14,657 bases of DNA from Candidatus Bathyarchaeia archaeon. GTDB taxonomy: Archaea > Thermoproteota > Bathyarchaeia > Bathyarchaeales > Bathycorpusculaceae. Where the stretch lies: positions 1 to 14,657 of the forward strand of contig JBEKKX010000051.1 in NCBI GenBank assembly GCA_050010515.1. The letters run 5' to 3'. Both the position numbers and the translations under genes were made by a program. Positions 7,743 to 14,541 of this stretch are shown here, in pieces (positions within the stretch are counted from its first letter, which is position 1; each line of letters begins with the position of its first letter). The notes beneath the pieces were generated by a model. It was not told the origin of the DNA. It saw only the letters and a program-made list of their open reading frames with translations, and searched no databases.

Positions 7743-8158
7743 TTCGGTTTATTTCCTAAATGTCCATCGGCTCCATAAGCTGGCTTTCCCATGTTTAAGT
7801 GGACTTCTAAAATATTTGGCCATATCCATGCGTATGCGGTTTCATAAACGCTATCAAGGGCAGTAAATACTTGTCTTTGAGTAACACCATCAGTCAATAT
7901 TAAATCAACGTAAATTTCTTCCCATGGAAAACCTTTTAGTCGTGGTTCTTTAGAAATCATGTATTCTTTGCCTTTTGGTGGCAAATAATCAATTAGGGCT
8001 TTTAAAGCGTAAAAAGACTCTCTCATAACACCTCTTCCATTGTATCGTTTCCCTGAAATGAATTGGTATCTTAAGCATAATTGGTTTAACGAATTAGCAT
8101 AGTTATTACTGTACGGTGCATCTAAATCGTAATTCGCTATTTTATCTTCCATGCTCAT
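7739..8158 (-). CDS. Hypothetical protein (139 aa), coupled to the ATPase
   Basis: AGGTGA RBS and ATGA overlap with the ATPase start. Confidence 0.8.
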   Translation of the reverse strand: MSMEDKIANYDLDAPYSNNYANSLNQLCLRYQFISGKRYNGRGVMRESFYALKALIDYLPPKGKEYMISKEPRLKGFPWEEIYVDLILTDGVTQRQVFTALDSVYETAYAWIWPNILEVHLNMGKPAYGADGHLGNKPK

Positions 8159-8175
8159 TGTTTTTTTTCACCTTC

Positions 8176-8286
8176 CTAACTTAAGATTCCTTTGTAGATT
8201 GTTTTGCTCATTTCCTCTAGCTTTTTTGCTTGGTCGTTGTGGTCTTGGACTTGGTTTGGTTGATTCTGATTTTTCTTTCTCGTCAT
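8176..8286 (-). CDS. Small protein (36 aa) MTRKKNQNQPNQVQDHNDQAKKLEEMSKTIYKGILS
   Basis: GGAGG RBS at 8301-8297. Fills the gap in the operon. Not in the ORF track. Confidence 0.6.
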   Translation of the reverse strand: MTRKKNQNQPNQVQDHNDQAKKLEEMSKTIYKGILS

Positions 8287-8301
8287 TGACTTATCGCCTC
8301 C

Positions 8302-8427
8302 TTAAATAAGATCATCCATTATTATCGAATAATAAACAAGATCGGCGAAGGGGTCGCAAAAGTCTAACATCGCGTCACCATTTCGTTTTTTTGGATTCTG
8401 CTTTTTCTTTCTCTTTCCCATTTTCAT
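8302..8427 (-). CDS. Small protein with basic N-terminus and acidic/aromatic C-terminus (about 41 aa)
   Basis: MKMGKRKKKQNPKKRNGDAMLDFCDPFADLVYYSIIMDDLI. The GAGGT RBS favours a start at 8427 or 8421 over the track's 8502. Confidence 0.6.
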   Translation of the reverse strand: MKMGKRKKKQNPKKRNGDAMLDFCDPFADLVYYSIIMDDLI

Positions 8428-8434
8428 AACCTCA

Positions 8435-8641
8435 TTAATTGCTAAATAGTCGGGGAGGCTCAAAATATGTCCAGAGCGCTGGATTCCAGTCGCGTGGTTC
8501 ACTTTTCAATGCGTGGCTCTCCAGCCAATCACGTTTGAGCTCGCGTTTATTTCCTTCAGAAAAATATGTTAAATAATTATGGTCTGGCTCTGAGTCTGGG
8601 CAAGGCTCCAGTTTCTTTTTTTTCCTACCGTTATAACCCAT
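8435..8641 (-). CDS. Small basic hypothetical protein (68 aa)
   Basis: TAATG overlap with the upstream Zn-finger ORF; part of a tightly packed operon. Confidence 0.65.
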   Translation of the reverse strand: MGYNGRKKKKLEPCPDSEPDHNYLTYFSEGNKRELKRDWLESHALKSEPRDWNPALWTYFEPPRLFSN

Positions 8642-8814
8642 TATTCAACATCATCCTTTGAAACAATAAATAAACTGTCAAAGCATTTTTGATGCCATCT
8701 TCGCGTTCCACGTGTCACATGCGGTTCAAATAAATTTGAGTTTTCTATTTTCTTAACTTCAAAACCGCACACTTGGCAAGGCCCATATTTCTTATGTGTT
8801 CCAGGGTAGCCCAT
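8641..8814 (-). CDS. Small zinc-finger protein (57 aa, CxxC...HxxC)
   Basis: MGYPGTHKKYGPCQVCGFEVKKIENSNLFEPHVTRGTRRWHQKCFDSLFIVSKDDVE. ATG abuts the upstream stop and the stop overlaps the next ATG. Not in the ORF track. Confidence 0.75.
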   Translation of the reverse strand: MGYPGTHKKYGPCQVCGFEVKKIENSNLFEPHVTRGTRRWHQKCFDSLFIVSKDDVE

Positions 8815-9000
8815 TTAAACCACATACGCTCCTGGGTCACGTTTAGATTCTAAATCAAGAGAAGTTTGAATCCGCGCAAAGATTAAGTCTTTTTCCGAAC
8901 ATCTTTTCCCGTTCCTGTGAAAGACATATTTTTTTCGGTGTTTTTGAACCACTTTTTGCGGTTTTTCTTTAGGTTTAAATCGCCTAAATCTTACGCTCAT
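8815..9000 (-). CDS. Small highly basic protein (61 aa)
   Basis: AAGGTGA RBS, K/R-rich, stop abuts the next ATG. Confidence 0.7.
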   Translation of the reverse strand: MSVRFRRFKPKEKPQKVVQKHRKKYVFHRNGKRCSEKDLIFARIQTSLDLESKRDPGAYVV

Positions 9001-9014
9001 TCTTTCACCTTATC

Positions 9015-9467
9015 TTAAAACCCAGGATCGTAAAAATCCTCAAAAGAGTAGTACTGGTGTTTTTTCTTTTTGTGTTTTTCGTGTTCTTCTTTAGCACGTG
9101 TGCTTATTTTTATGGTTTGGTGGTCGGTGTGGATTGTGGTAGTTTGGCTTTTGGGTTTAGGCTTTTTCGGTGTTAGCAACCAACTGTTAAAAGGGTCAAG
9201 GACGGGCTCAATTCTTGGAGTTCTGCCAGCAAATTCAGCGTAGCCTCTTACGCTTTTGCGATTTCTATTTGCGCTATAACTGTTGGATTCGCGCTGGGCT
9301 GTGTGTTTGCCATGTTCTCTTGCTAAACGTATTCTCTCTTCTACTCGCGCCTTCATTTCTTCTCTTTTTTCCGTTTGCCTTTGCTCTTTTCTTTCATGAT
9401 AGCTTTCTCGACTTTGCTTCATCTGTTTAGATATTTCTTGGCGTGCTTGATGTGGCACGTTTTTCAC
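9015..9467 (-). CDS. Basic, coiled-coil/disordered protein (150 aa from GTG; possibly 165 aa from ACG at 9512)
   Basis: K/R/E-rich ORF in the operon. The frame is open to 9539 and a GAGGT RBS lies 7 nt before an in-frame ACG. Confidence 0.7.
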   Translation of the reverse strand: MKNVPHQARQEISKQMKQSRESYHERKEQRQTEKREEMKARVEERIRLAREHGKHTAQRESNSYSANRNRKSVRGYAEFAGRTPRIEPVLDPFNSWLLTPKKPKPKSQTTTIHTDHQTIKISTRAKEEHEKHKKKKHQYYSFEDFYDPGF

Positions 9468-9517
9468 TCGTTCTTTAATTTTGTTTGATAAACTTTGCTT
9501 TTTCTCACTCGTTTTTA

Positions 9518-9625
9518 TTACCTCACTTTTGGATTTTTTTTAACAAATTCAACCATCTTATAAGATTGCGATCTATCTCTGAACCATAGACCGTTTTTGA
9601 CTGTTGACACTTGGCCTCTGTTCAT
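9518..9625 (-). CDS. Small protein (35 aa) MNRGQVSTVKNGLWFRDRSQSYKMVEFVKKNPKVR
   Basis: ATGA overlap with the upstream 29-aa ORF. Not in the ORF track. Confidence 0.5.
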   Translation of the reverse strand: MNRGQVSTVKNGLWFRDRSQSYKMVEFVKKNPKVR

Positions 9626-9711
9626 TTCTTTTTAGCCTTCTCTTTCTCTTTACGTTCTTCTTGTTTTTGAAGCCGCCAGTATTTTCTCATGCTGGGTGTT
9701 GACTTTGGCAT
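9622..9711 (-). CDS. Very small basic peptide (29 aa) MPKSTPSMRKYWRLQKQEERKEKEKAKKK
   Basis: First ATG downstream of an AT-rich TATA-like region (about 9743-9770). The stop overlaps the next ATG. Confidence 0.5.
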   Translation of the reverse strand: MPKSTPSMRKYWRLQKQEERKEKEKAKKK

Positions 9712-9800
9712 ATCTTATCTAAAATGTAGTTTTTACATGTTGCTTATTAATAGCGTATAATAATTATAAGAAAGTCTAAGAAAAAGTCTTAGAAAAACAT
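9712..9800 (-). promoter_or_regulatory. Promoter/operator region of the long leftward operon
   Basis: Minus-strand TATTAATA at about 9752-9745. Inverted repeats ATGTA-N5-TACAT (9724-9738) and TCTAAGA-N5-TCTTAGA (9775-9793). Confidence 0.5.
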
Positions 9801-9849
9801 AAAAAAAGTATAGTAACGAAAAAAAATTAGGGGTTGAACCCGAGGTTGC

Positions 9850-10227
9850 CTATCTTGAGTCTAGCACGCAGTCATAAGGTTCTTCATAGAAAATTGACCT
9901 GTCTAATATGTTTAAGATCAGGCCAGAGTTTATTTTCAGTGCTAGTAATCCTTCGTTGGTTAAGCGGTACATTTTTTTTTCAAGATGATTTTGTTCAGAG
10001 TTATCTTTTTTGTATGATATTAATTTTGATTCCGTTAGTCTCCATAAGCAACGGTAAACTGTTACATTGTTAACTGAGATGCCGAGTTTAAGTTTAATCT
10101 GTTTTTTCATTTCGTAACCGGTCATTGGCTTATGTCCAAGCATTATCATTTCGATTAACTCAATATTTCTTATGCATACCTTACGGTATGATTCTTTGTT
10201 GTTTGTTGCTAAAATATTTCTATTCAT
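9850..10227 (-). CDS. PadR-family winged-helix DNA-binding protein
   Basis: KPMTGYEMKKQI...ISVNNVTVYRCLWRLTESKLI...KKMYRLTNEG is a PadR signature. Start likely ATG 10227 (GAGGA RBS) rather than 10284. Confidence 0.85.
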   Translation of the reverse strand: MNRNILATNNKESYRKVCIRNIELIEMIMLGHKPMTGYEMKKQIKLKLGISVNNVTVYRCLWRLTESKLISYKKDNSEQNHLEKKMYRLTNEGLLALKINSGLILNILDRSIFYEEPYDCVLDSR

Positions 10228-10231
10228 TTTT

Positions 10232-10696
10232 TCAATCCTCTTTTTGGCGATATCTGTTAGTAATCTTTTTTGTTTTTGCTCCATGGCCTATTCGCGCTAT
10301 GTTTTGTCCAATTCTCCTTCCGTTAGGTCCTGATGTTCTGTCAACCCATACAGATTTGAAAAACTTATCAGCCCTATATTTTTCAGCATCGGCATCGCTT
10401 ATTTTTATTGTTGTAATTTCATCGACGCCCAAACGCCGATAAGCTTCAATTCTATGGTAGCCATCGTAAGGTGTAATTTTTCCATGTTCGTTATCGACTA
10501 TAACTGATGCCAATTTTTTACCAGACTTAATGTCTTCCATATATCTTTTGATTGTTGGTTCATTCAAGTTCCAGCTTGGTCTGGAAAAGTTGTTTATTCG
10601 TGACGTTGTTGGAAAACCATCTACTTCTATAAGTTCTTTGGTATATGGGTGAGTGAACACTCCACGCACAATTTTTATACTTTTTGATGTTTCCAT
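10232..10696 (-). CDS. ParB/Sulfiredoxin-like N-terminal domain protein
   Basis: IKRYMEDIKSG..LASVIVD...PYDGYHRIEAYRRLG (DGxHR box). AGGAGG RBS. Confidence 0.85.
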   Translation of the reverse strand: METSKSIKIVRGVFTHPYTKELIEVDGFPTTSRINNFSRPSWNLNEPTIKRYMEDIKSGKKLASVIVDNEHGKITPYDGYHRIEAYRRLGVDEITTIKISDADAEKYRADKFFKSVWVDRTSGPNGRRIGQNIARIGHGAKTKKITNRYRQKED

Positions 10697-10821
10697 TTTT
10701 CTTTTTCCTCCTTAGTTTCGTATGTGGTTATCATACAAGTGCATATATAAAATATCATATTAAGAAACAAACATAAAACTACATAAATACGTGGATAAGT
10801 CATATAGATGTGTGCAAAAAT

Positions 10822-10968
10822 ATGAACCCTGACATGCCTAAAAAACGAGTAACCATAAGCATAACACCTGAATGTTTAGCGTGGATTGACGGCCAAGTGC
10901 AAAAGCGAATCTATAAAGATCGTAGCCATGCCGTTGAAAAGTTGATTTATGATAAGATGCAACCATAA
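10822..10968 (+). CDS. Ribbon-helix-helix (CopG/Arc/MetJ-like) protein, 48 aa
   Basis: MNPDMPKKRVTISITPECLAWIDGQVQKRIYKDRSHAVEKLIYDKMQP: alternating strand VTISI, and RS.av helix start. Not in the ORF track; exact start uncertain. Confidence 0.85.
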   Translation: MNPDMPKKRVTISITPECLAWIDGQVQKRIYKDRSHAVEKLIYDKMQP

Positions 10969-10986
10969 TTTTATGTGATAAATTTT

Positions 10987-11190
10987 TCACTCAGAAACAG
11001 CTTTTTTAATCTCTTTTAAAACATCTATCAGCTTATTTGTTAGGTTATCGCATTTTTCAGGGTTTCTTTTCTGAAACCTCTTAAGACGATAACGATAACG
11101 CATTAAACTATTTTGCTCTTTCTTTTTAGTCGTGCTGCCGTCAATAAGCAAACTTGGCAGTTTACGCTTTACCCTTTCAGCGTCAACCAT
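10987..11190 (-). CDS. Small basic hypothetical protein (67 aa)
   Basis: ORF with GGAG upstream, convergent with the RHH gene. No motif. Confidence 0.5.
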   Translation of the reverse strand: MVDAERVKRKLPSLLIDGSTTKKKEQNSLMRYRYRLKRFQKRNPEKCDNLTNKLIDVLKEIKKAVSE

Positions 11191-11460
11191 GCTTAGAAGG
11201 CTCCAAAAAAAGAAAAAGGGAATTGTGCGCGGGAGATGTTAAGTGGTGACAGTTGATATAACTTTATTGCTAACTTGGTTAGCCTCCAAATCCAAAAATT
11301 TTAATTAACTGTCCTATTAACAATATCTGTAATGATAACTTTGTCAACTTTAAAAAACGCAATTTTTACATTAAATGGGAAATTTGATAGTTTTACTAGA
11401 AAAATATATCAAGGTATTTGACTATCTAATGAGAAAAACACATTTGGAGAAAAGGATTAT

Positions 11461-12024
11461 TTGAAAAACATGATTGAGTTCAGATGGCATGGTAGAGGCG
11501 GTCAAGGAGCATGGACAGCCAGCGAATTACTGGCAAGAACAGCCCTTGATGAAGGCAAATATATTCAATCATTCCCTGAATTTGGTCCTGAACGAATGGG
11601 CGCGCCAGTGACTGCCTTTACAAGAATAAGCACTGAACCAATAAGATTGCATTGCGCCATTTACGAACCAGATGTTGTTGTCGTTTTAGATAACACGCTG
11701 CTGAAAACAGTTCCAGTTACAGCTGGATTAAACGATGACGAAGACATACTAATTATTAATTCAACCGAGGAACCGGCTGCCCTAAAAGAAAGCCTTAGGG
11801 TGACAAAAGGCAAAGTGTGGACAGTTCCAGCAACCGAAATTGCCCTAAAAATTTTGGGAGCACCAATAACCAACACAGCAATGCTGGGCTGTGTCGCTAA
11901 GGCAACTGGAATAGTCACTTTAGAAGGCATAGAGAAAACGCTGAAGGGACGTTTCAGAACAGACTTAGCAGAGAAAAACTTCGCGATTATCAAGGAAGCG
12001 TATGAGGAGGCAAAATCCGAATGA
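11461..12024 (+). CDS. porC: Pyruvate/2-oxoacid:ferredoxin oxidoreductase gamma subunit (porC, also called porG)
   Basis: EFRWHGRGGQGA, SFPEFGPERMGAPV, NTAMLG motifs. Start TTG 11461 or ATG 11470. Confidence 0.95.
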   Translation: MKNMIEFRWHGRGGQGAWTASELLARTALDEGKYIQSFPEFGPERMGAPVTAFTRISTEPIRLHCAIYEPDVVVVLDNTLLKTVPVTAGLNDDEDILIINSTEEPAALKESLRVTKGKVWTVPATEIALKILGAPITNTAMLGCVAKATGIVTLEGIEKTLKGRFRTDLAEKNFAIIKEAYEEAKSE

Positions 12025-12302
12025 GTCGAGAGAAAAGCTGGAAAGAAATCTCTATAGCTGGAGTATGCTCAAAATCCAGCGTTGGATTCATGACAGGCGA
12101 CTGGAAAACTTACACGCCAATACGAGACCTGGAGAAATGTACAAAATGCTTAACATGCGTGATGTTTTGTCCTGAAGGAGCTATAAAGTGGCGTCCAGAG
12201 ATGGGCGACATCGAGTTTGACTTTAGCTTCTGCAAAGGCTGCGGAATATGCGCCAACGAGTGCCCAACTAAAGCAATAACAATGAAGATAGAAGGGGAGT
12301 AA
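12021..12302 (+). CDS. porD: Pyruvate/2-oxoacid:ferredoxin oxidoreductase delta subunit (2x[4Fe-4S])
   Basis: TGDWK..P, CTKCLTCVMFCPE and CKGCGICANECP. ATGA overlap with gamma. Confidence 0.95.
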   Translation: MSREKSWKEISIAGVCSKSSVGFMTGDWKTYTPIRDLEKCTKCLTCVMFCPEGAIKWRPEMGDIEFDFSFCKGCGICANECPTKAITMKIEGE

Positions 12303-12308
12303 AAGGAC

Positions 12309-13541
12309 ATGGAAAAACAAGCTAAACAGGAAACTATAGCTTTAAACGGAGATGAAGCAGTTGCATTCGCAGTTAAGCAATGTGATGTTGACGTAGTTGC
12401 AGCTTACCCAATTACGCCTCAAACAATCATTGTTGAAAAATTCAGCGAATACGTCGCCAACGGAGAGGTCCAAACAGAGTTTGTCTGCACGGAATCAGAG
12501 CATAGTGCGATGACCGCTTGCCTTGCTGCTTCAGCTACGGGTGCAAGAACTTTCACTGCCAGCGCTTCTGCAGGTTTAGCGTTGATGCATGAGATGCTTT
12601 TTGTTACGTCTGGTTGTCGAGCGCCAGTTGTGATGGCTATTGCTAACCGCGCTTTGTCTGCGCCGCTAAACATTCATGGTGACCAATCAGACAGCATGGC
12701 AGAAAGAGACAGCGGATGGATACACATTTACGTTGAGAACGCTCAGGAGGCATATGACTCTATTATTCAAGCGTTCAAGATTGCTGAGGATGTTGATGTG
12801 TCTTTGCCGATTATTGTTGGATTAGACGGGTTTACGGTAAGTCACACGTTGGAGAACGTCGATGTACTTTCTGAAGACGCGGTGAAGCAGTTTGTTGGAG
12901 AACGCCAACTGCCCAATGTACTTACGCATGAAGGTAAAACAGTGCCGTTTAAGCTTGATCCAGATAATCCGATGACTATGGGACCGATTGCTTTTCAAAA
13001 CTACTATTTTGAGTTTAAACGCCAGCAGGAAGAAGGCATGAAGAACGCGTTAAAGCGAATACAAGAGGTTAACACTGAATATGCCAAAGTCACTGGCAGA
13101 AGCTACGGCAACGGCCTAATAGATGCTTACAAGCTTGAGGACGCTGAAATTGCAGTGGTGTGCGTTGGCTCAACTTCTGGAACACTAAAAGTAATTGTTG
13201 ACGAATTAAGGCAAGAGGGCGTTAAAGCTGGGCTTCTACGACTACGTACGTTCAGGCCACTACCCGTCGAAGAACTTCGAAAAGCATTAAGCAACAGCAC
13301 TGCAGTTGCGGTTATGGATAAAAGTATGAGTTTCGGCGGTTTCGGCGGCGCAGTTTTCACTGAAGTTCGCCATGCGCTTTACGATGATAAGAAGCATCCG
13401 TTTATTGTGAACTACATTTACGGTTTAGGCGGGAGAGATTATAGTCCCCGTGAACTACGAACAATCTTCGAAGAGCTTACGAATATTGCAAGAACTAGAC
13501 ATGTTGAAAGCCAAATTCACTATTTAGGGTTAAGGGAGTAA
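12309..13541 (+). CDS. porA: Pyruvate/2-oxoacid:ferredoxin oxidoreductase alpha subunit
   Basis: GDEAVA, AAYPITPQT, ESEHSA, NRALSAPLNIHGDQSD, YGLGGRD motifs. Confidence 0.97.
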   Translation: MEKQAKQETIALNGDEAVAFAVKQCDVDVVAAYPITPQTIIVEKFSEYVANGEVQTEFVCTESEHSAMTACLAASATGARTFTASASAGLALMHEMLFVTSGCRAPVVMAIANRALSAPLNIHGDQSDSMAERDSGWIHIYVENAQEAYDSIIQAFKIAEDVDVSLPIIVGLDGFTVSHTLENVDVLSEDAVKQFVGERQLPNVLTHEGKTVPFKLDPDNPMTMGPIAFQNYYFEFKRQQEEGMKNALKRIQEVNTEYAKVTGRSYGNGLIDAYKLEDAEIAVVCVGSTSGTLKVIVDELRQEGVKAGLLRLRTFRPLPVEELRKALSNSTAVAVMDKSMSFGGFGGAVFTEVRHALYDDKKHPFIVNYIYGLGGRDYSPRELRTIFEELTNIARTRHVESQIHYLGLRE

Positions 13542-13559
13542 TTTAGGAGGAAAAACAAA

Positions 13560-14528
13560 TTGACAACTCAAGAATGGAGATTCACAGCCAAAGACATTGC
13601 GTCTAAACCAGATTTGTTCCTTTCAGGTCACCGGGCATGTGCAGGTTGCGGACCAGCATCAGTGCTGCGTTTGATAATGAAAGCTACACGTGGACCAACA
13701 ATTGTGACTGAAGCAACTGGCTGCATGGAAGTAGTCTCATCAATTTACCCTTACACGTCTTGGGCTGTGCCATGGTTGCACACGGCTTTTGAGAATGCCG
13801 CTGCAAACGCTTCAGGTATTGACGCTGCATTGAAAGCTATGCGTAAGAAGGGCAAAGTGAAGCAAGAGCACATTGATATTATTGCGATTGCTGGTGACGG
13901 TGGAACTTTCGACATTGGCTTGCAAGCGTTGTCTGGTGCTGTTGAACGTGGACATGACTTCTTGTTTGTGCTGTATGATAATGAGGCTTACATGAACACT
14001 GGTATCCAACGTAGCGGTGGAACACCGACTGGTGCAGCGACGACGACGACTCCTGCTGGCTTAGTTATTCCTGGAAAACTCGAGAAGAAGAAGCCGATTA
14101 CTGAGATTATGTTGGCGCATGACATGGAGTACGTGGCTACTGCATCACCATACTACTGGAAAGACATGCTGACAAAAGTTCGGAAAGGCTTAGAAGTGAA
14201 TGGACCAGCGTTTCTGCATATATTTGCTCCTTGTCCAAGGGGTTGGCGTTGTGAACCAAGCAAAGCCATAGAGTACTCCAAGTTGGCTGTGGAATCCTGC
14301 GTGTTTCCAATTTGGGAAGCAGTAAACGGCAAACGGCAACTTTCAACACCAAGCAAACTGATTGCTTTGGCACCGCAAAAGAAGAAGCCAGTTAAAGATT
14401 ACCTTGCTGGCCAAGGAAGGTTTAGGCACCTGTTTACCCCGCAAAATAAGCACGTGCTGGATGAGATGCAACGTTTAACTGATGAACATTGGGAACGGCT
14501 TCTCCAAAAGTGCGAGCCAAGCAGCTAA
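13560..14528 (+). CDS. porB: Pyruvate/2-oxoacid:ferredoxin oxidoreductase beta subunit (TPP-binding)
   Basis: GHRACAGCG, ATGCMEV, GDGGTFDIG...DNEAYMNTGIQRS, PCPRGW. TTG start with AGGAGG RBS. Confidence 0.97.
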   Translation: MTTQEWRFTAKDIASKPDLFLSGHRACAGCGPASVLRLIMKATRGPTIVTEATGCMEVVSSIYPYTSWAVPWLHTAFENAAANASGIDAALKAMRKKGKVKQEHIDIIAIAGDGGTFDIGLQALSGAVERGHDFLFVLYDNEAYMNTGIQRSGGTPTGAATTTTPAGLVIPGKLEKKKPITEIMLAHDMEYVATASPYYWKDMLTKVRKGLEVNGPAFLHIFAPCPRGWRCEPSKAIEYSKLAVESCVFPIWEAVNGKRQLSTPSKLIALAPQKKKPVKDYLAGQGRFRHLFTPQNKHVLDEMQRLTDEHWERLLQKCEPSS

Positions 14529-14541
14529 ACTCCTTCTTTAT

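Larger units (their letters stand above)
119..11200. mobile_element. Integrated archaeal virus-, plasmid- or satellite-like element (boundaries approximate; may be two adjacent elements)
   Basis: Tyrosine recombinase, B251-like ATPase, Mini-A/Topo VI-A-like protein, helicase, ParB-N, two RHH and two wHTH regulators, and many small ORFs. Visibly more AT-rich than the adjacent por operon. No att repeat identified. Confidence 0.8.

Noticed and set aside
9215-10442. Hydrophobic plus-strand ORFs 9215-9430, 9834-10073, 10125-10442 as possible capsid or membrane proteins
   Set aside because: Their F/L richness simply mirrors K/E codons of the real minus-strand genes (basic protein, PadR, ParB).
11086-11100. 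ACGATA tandem hexamer repeat
   Set aside because: Only about 2.5 copies inside an ORF, encoding YRYR; likely chance.
11225-11290. tRNA-like fragments (GCGCGGG; TGTT-AAGTGGT-GACA D-arm-like stem)
   Set aside because: No anticodon arm, T-arm (GTTCRA) or closing acceptor stem, so not a tRNA gene.
11661-14373. Minus-strand ORFs within the por operon
   Set aside because: Antisense shadows of well-conserved por genes.
11461-14528. por operon as a virus-carried auxiliary metabolic gene cluster
   Set aside because: Intact canonical order, higher GC, and a long AT-rich promoter gap separating it from the element point to host chromosome. Pyruvate versus branched-chain 2-oxoacid specificity cannot be settled from sequence by eye.
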